DNA of 9,746 nucleotides from Verrucomicrobia bacterium UBA3869 (GTDB lineage Bacteria; Verrucomicrobiota; Verrucomicrobiia; Opitutales; UBA9783): NCBI GenBank assembly GCA_002392285.1, contig DGGR01000033.1, positions 1 to 9,746 of the forward strand, read 5' to 3'. Shown piece by piece: positions 6,648 to 9,746 of this stretch (position 1 is its first letter; each line of letters starts with the position of its first letter). The notes under the pieces were generated by a model. It saw only the letters and a program-made list of their open reading frames with translations, ran no database searches and was not told where the DNA came from. The position numbers and the translations under genes were made by a program.

Positions 6648-6964
6648 CTCTCATCAAGCAGGTTCAGGTACTGATTAACGAGCACGCCGCTCGAAAAACC
6701 TTAATACCTTCGATTCCTGTAACCGTCCGTGAAACGCCCAGTCCCCAGGATGATGCTCAATCAACAAAATCGCTTGCACCAATGCAAACCATCCAACCCA
6801 TGCACACAATACCATCGAGTGCTGAACCGATAACCACCTCGACAGTTCCGGACTTCCAAAGTTCGGTTGCCGCTATCCCTGATAGTGTTAAAGATGCGTT
6901 TAAAACCCTACTTCGAGGCGAAATTAATGGGGTTTGGCCAATTGACCCTAAAGGCTTACGTTAA
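6638..6964 (+). CDS. dnaX: Probable C-terminal extension of DnaX (tau-specific region) in the -1 frame relative to dnaX
   Basis: The ORF-track 6641..6964 protein has only a TTG pseudo-start and no RBS, and it overlaps the dnaX stop. Its frame is exactly -1 to dnaX and is open back through the A9 run. The sequence is a P/S/T/Q-rich linker followed by a short structured end, like the tau linker and C-terminal domain. The joined product would be about 476 aa. Confidence 0.6.
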   Translation, partial: RLLALIKQVQVLINEHAARKTLIPSIPVTVRETPSPQDDAQSTKSLAPMQTIQPMHTIPSSAEPITTSTVPDFQSSVAAIPDSVKDAFKTLLRGEINGVWPIDPKGLR

Positions 6965-7022
6965 CTCGATCTTTTAAAAAAACTTTACAAGCCCCTGCAC
7001 TTGATGTTCTATAACAATTAAT

Positions 7023-7274
7023 ATGGAAACTATTGAGCAAAGAGTAAAACGTGTTGTTTGCGATAAGCTTCGTGTAGACATGGGGCAAGTTACCTATGAG
7101 GCTTCCTTTAAAGATGACTTAGCAGCTGACTCACTGGATCAAGTAGAACTTATAATGGGGTTGGAAGAGGAATTCAAGGACGAGCTTAAAGGCGATATCG
7201 CGATTGAAGATGCTGAAAAAATCGATACAGTCGGTAAGGCAATCGAATATATTTACAGCAGGGCTGGCAGATAA
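7023..7274 (+). CDS. acpP: Acyl carrier protein
   Basis: 83 aa, acidic, with the phosphopantetheine attachment motif [19 protein letters not shown] (Ser37). It has a ~4-residue insertion after helix II compared with canonical AcpP. Confidence 0.9.
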   Translation: METIEQRVKRVVCDKLRVDMGQVTYEASFKDDLAADSLDQVELIMGLEEEFKDELKGDIAIEDAEKIDTVGKAIEYIYSRAGR

Positions 7275-7298
7275 GCCTTCATTACCATTGTTTCGGCA

Positions 7299-8555
7299 AT
7301 GAAACCTAACCAAGAGGTGCGCGTCGTTGTCACGGGATTAGGAACCATTAATCCGTTGGGACATACGATCAATGATTTTTGGAATGCGTTAATCATGGGA
7401 TGTTCTGGGATTCGCAAGGTATCGCGCTTCGACGTATCTGAATTACCTACTCAAATTGCAGGAGAGGTTGTGGGCTTTGATGTGTCCCATTATATGGATG
7501 CTAAAGAAGCAGGACATACAGATCCTTGTACTCAATTTGCTTTGGCAGCATCGCAATTAGCATTCGAAGATGCTCAATTACACATTCCAGACGCTGAATC
7601 CGATCGCTGCGGCGTCATCATCGGCACAGGCATCGGTGGAATGCGAAGCATCCAGGAACATTCCTTTACCTTATTTTCTAAAGGTTGCAAGCGCCTATCT
7701 CCCTTTACCATCCCTTCGGTTATCTGCAATATTGCTTCTGGGAAGGTAGCCATTGCCTTAAAGTTACGCGGACCCAATTTCGGTGCCGTTAGCGCTTGTG
7801 CATCCGGAACGCATGCCATTGGTGAAGCATTCCATTGGTTAAAAACCGGAGCAGTCGATGTTATGTTGGCGGGAGGCAGCGAAGCCTCCATTGAACCGTT
7901 GGGCTTCTGCGGTTTTTGTTCCATGAAAGCCATGAGTACCCATTTTAACGATTGCCCAGAAAAGGCCAGCCGTCCCTTCGATGCCAAACGCGACGGCTTT
8001 GTTATGGGGGAAGGGGCCGGCGTTCTGGTTTTAGAAACCTTAGAACATGCCCAAAAACGAGGCGCTAAAATTTATGGTGAACTTTGCGCCTATTCAGCTT
8101 CTTGCGACGCATTCCACATTACCCGCCCAGAACCTTCGGGACGAGCCCTAATCCACTGCTTCCGTTCAGTATTAGACAATTCGAATACGCAGCCAGTAGC
8201 AGTTGATTATATCAATGCGCATGGGACCTCTACCTATTATAACGATTTATTGGAAACCACCGCTATTAAAGCCGTTTTTGGAGATCATACTCAAAAGCTC
8301 AATATCAGTTCTACCAAATCTATGACCGGTCATTTATTGGGAGCAGCAGGCGGTGTAGAAGCTATCGTTACCGTAAAAGCGATTGAAACCGGTATTATTC
8401 CTCCAACCATTAATTACGAAAATGCCGATCCACAGTGCGATTTGAATTATACCCCCAACAAAGCCGTTAAACGTCCCGTTAAAGTGGCTATCTCAGATAA
8501 TTTAGGCTTTGGTGGACAAAATGGCGCGTTGCTGTTTAAAGCTTTTTCAGACTAA
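7299..8555 (+). CDS. fabF: 3-oxoacyl-ACP synthase II (KAS II)
   Basis: 418 aa. VVVTGLGTINPLG at the N-terminus, catalytic Cys in AVSACASG, His residues in INAHGTST and SMTGHLLGAAG, and C-terminal NLGFGGQNGALLF. It starts 24 nt after acpP. Confidence 0.93.
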   Translation: MKPNQEVRVVVTGLGTINPLGHTINDFWNALIMGCSGIRKVSRFDVSELPTQIAGEVVGFDVSHYMDAKEAGHTDPCTQFALAASQLAFEDAQLHIPDAESDRCGVIIGTGIGGMRSIQEHSFTLFSKGCKRLSPFTIPSVICNIASGKVAIALKLRGPNFGAVSACASGTHAIGEAFHWLKTGAVDVMLAGGSEASIEPLGFCGFCSMKAMSTHFNDCPEKASRPFDAKRDGFVMGEGAGVLVLETLEHAQKRGAKIYGELCAYSASCDAFHITRPEPSGRALIHCFRSVLDNSNTQPVAVDYINAHGTSTYYNDLLETTAIKAVFGDHTQKLNISSTKSMTGHLLGAAGGVEAIVTVKAIETGIIPPTINYENADPQCDLNYTPNKAVKRPVKVAISDNLGFGGQNGALLFKAFSD

Positions 8556-8561
8556 TACCTT

Positions 8562-8570
8562 GGGGGGTGG
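8562..8570 (+). promoter_or_regulatory. Shine-Dalgarno-like G-rich element (GGGGGGTGG) for the DltD-like gene
   Basis: It lies 3 nt upstream of ATG 8574, within the 18-nt gap after fabF, which implies co-transcription. Confidence 0.45.
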
Positions 8571-8573
8571 CGT

Positions 8574-9746
8574 ATGAAAACTTCCATGCCTCATCGCCGG
8601 AACATAGTATATTTTATTATCTTCACGCTTCTATTTTGGACGATAGGGCCGTTGATGGTCTACATTGTAGATCCATACCATATATTTCACGAGACGCGAT
8701 GGAACAAGAATCTATGGTTTGGTAGCCAAACCTTAATCAACCTAGGTCAAATTGAAGCTTACCTCAAAAGAAGCAATGATTATGACGGTATCTTGGTAGG
8801 TTCTTCGCACACGATGAACTTCAAAGGCAGTGATTTAGCTAAGGCGGTTGGAGCTAAAGGCGTTCTGAAGTTGTGCGGGGATGGTATGACTTCAGAAGAG
8901 CTACAAGTCTACTATGAAATGGCAAATAGATCCCATAGAGTATCGATGGTTATTTTTGGCATAGACCATCACAAGTTTTTTAGGATGGATAGCGCCATTA
9001 GAAATAATATGTTTTTTATGGAATACCCTTATTTATATCCTTTTACGTTAAGAGGATTGGGTACATTAGTAACCTATTTGTTTTTTCCCTGGAGAAACAA
9101 GTCGGATGACAGACGTTTTTGGACTTGGACCGATTTGGATTCGATCCATAGTTGGTTCCCCTATCAAAGCGATCGTTTTCCACGATGGATTCAGGCAAGC
9201 AATTTAGCGGAATTAAAAAAAGAAACCCCTGATTTATTGCTCAACGAGCTCAACGAGCTCAACGAGCTCAACGAGCTCAACGACACTATACTGCGCATCA
9301 TACGAGAAAATCCATCAGTCAAGTTTTTTATATTGCTAACCCCCAATTCTTGGATGTTGTACAAAGATTCGGAACAGGAATTAAATGTACGTTTCCCCCA
9401 TACAGCGATATCACCTTATCAAATATATAACACTCTTTTCAATGGTTGGCGTCACCTCATCACGGCCTGCGCTGATCTCCCGAATGTCAAAATCTACGGT
9501 TGGCATGATTGCGCTTTTGTTAGCAACCTTGCCAATTATTGCGATGCAGGTCATTATCATCCGGATATCAACCGCTACATGGCATGGTGCATTGAGCACG
9601 ATAAGCATCGGTTGACCAAAGAGAATTACGATGCGTACGAAGCACGTTGTGTGGAAAACCTGCGTGCGTTTAAGATCCTAGATTCCTATCCTCATCGCGA
9701 TACCTTCGATGAGTTGGTCGCTGCAGAAATGCAGAACGGTAATTAA
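8574..9746 (+). CDS. Membrane-anchored hypothetical protein with DltD/SGNH-like architecture (putative acyl/ester transferase or esterase)
   Basis: 390 aa with an N-terminal TM anchor (IVYFIIFTLLFWTIGPLMVYI). A G-S-S motif (VGSSHT, nt 8799-8807) sits shortly after the anchor, and a C-terminal D-x-x-H (DAGH, nt 9543-9554) is present. This order and spacing match the Ser...Asp-x-x-His triad of SGNH/DltD-type enzymes. The stop codon coincides with the window end. The family call rests on motifs and architecture, not on an alignment. Confidence 0.8.
   Translation: MKTSMPHRRNIVYFIIFTLLFWTIGPLMVYIVDPYHIFHETRWNKNLWFGSQTLINLGQIEAYLKRSNDYDGILVGSSHTMNFKGSDLAKAVGAKGVLKLCGDGMTSEELQVYYEMANRSHRVSMVIFGIDHHKFFRMDSAIRNNMFFMEYPYLYPFTLRGLGTLVTYLFFPWRNKSDDRRFWTWTDLDSIHSWFPYQSDRFPRWIQASNLAELKKETPDLLLNELNELNELNELNDTILRIIRENPSVKFFILLTPNSWMLYKDSEQELNVRFPHTAISPYQIYNTLFNGWRHLITACADLPNVKIYGWHDCAFVSNLANYCDAGHYHPDINRYMAWCIEHDKHRLTKENYDAYEARCVENLRAFKILDSYPHRDTFDELVAAEMQNGN
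9240..9284 (+). repeat. Perfect in-frame 9-bp tandem repeat (CTCAACGAG x4, then CTCAACGAC) encoding (LNE)4-LND
   Basis: Direct reading gives c|tcaacgag ctcaacgag ctcaacgag ctcaacgag ctcaacgac. The five units carry a single substitution, in the last unit. Confidence 0.95.

Noticed and set aside
6679-6693. Hairpin CGAGC-ACGCC-GCTCG as a frameshift stimulator for the A9 site
   Set aside because: It has only a 5-bp stem and lies ~40 nt downstream of the slippery run. Known -1 frameshift stimulators sit about 5-9 nt away.
6641-6964. Treating 6641..6964 as an independent 107-aa gene starting at TTG
   Set aside because: It has no RBS and a non-ATG pseudo-start, and it overlaps the dnaX stop. Its frame is open back through the A9 run, and its linker-like composition fits a DnaX C-terminal extension better than a stand-alone protein.
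7131-7987. Antisense ORFs 7131..7313 (-) and 7574..7987 (-) over acpP/fabF
   Set aside because: They are shadow ORFs opposite strongly conserved CDSs.
9244-9281. Repeated GAGCTC (SacI) sites as a sign of a synthetic linker or cloning artefact
   Set aside because: The sites are just a consequence of the CTCAACGAG unit. The tract is in frame and sits in native coding context.
9385-9615. ORFs 9385..9615 (+) and 9411..9608 (-) inside the DltD-like gene
   Set aside because: They are nested and out of frame or antisense. The long frame carries the TM anchor, the GSS and DxxH motifs and the in-frame repeat.
1-9746. Scan for tRNA, rRNA, CRISPR repeats, IS/transposase ends, integrase or phage genes
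   Set aside because: I saw none. There are no spaced direct-repeat arrays, no terminal inverted repeats, no tRNA-like cloverleaf motifs in the intergenic regions, and every large ORF has a housekeeping or hypothetical assignment.

Overview
Gene-dense chromosomal segment with moderate GC. I found no rRNA, tRNA, CRISPR array or transposase. The gene content suggests a Chlamydiae-like genome, possibly an environmental chlamydia; this is inference, not proof. The clues are a fused FolK-FolP next to a CofE-like ligase (the non-canonical chlamydial folate route), a CesT-class type III secretion chaperone beside an orphan coiled-coil protein, and mostly absent Shine-Dalgarno sequences.

Minus strand, 3788 down to 1: a succinyl-CoA:acetate CoA-transferase family enzyme, then folKP, then the CofE-like ligase (overlapping folKP). 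Below these are two tandem paralogous small hydrophobic peptide genes that fall under the ORF-track size cutoff; I found them by hand translation.

Plus strand: a 358-aa N/Q-rich coiled-coil protein with an internal duplication, followed 13 nt later by the 153-aa chaperone (a candidate effector-chaperone module). Then dnaX, acpP, fabF, and a 390-aa membrane-anchored DltD/SGNH-like protein carrying a perfect 9-bp tandem repeat.

Most interesting observations:
1. dnaX is interrupted at an A9 run. The in-frame product is a minimal gamma, and the tau C-terminus lies in the -1 frame.
2. The candidate novel T3SS effector plus chaperone pair.
3. The tandem small-peptide genes.
4. The carrier protein / KAS II / DltD-like operon.
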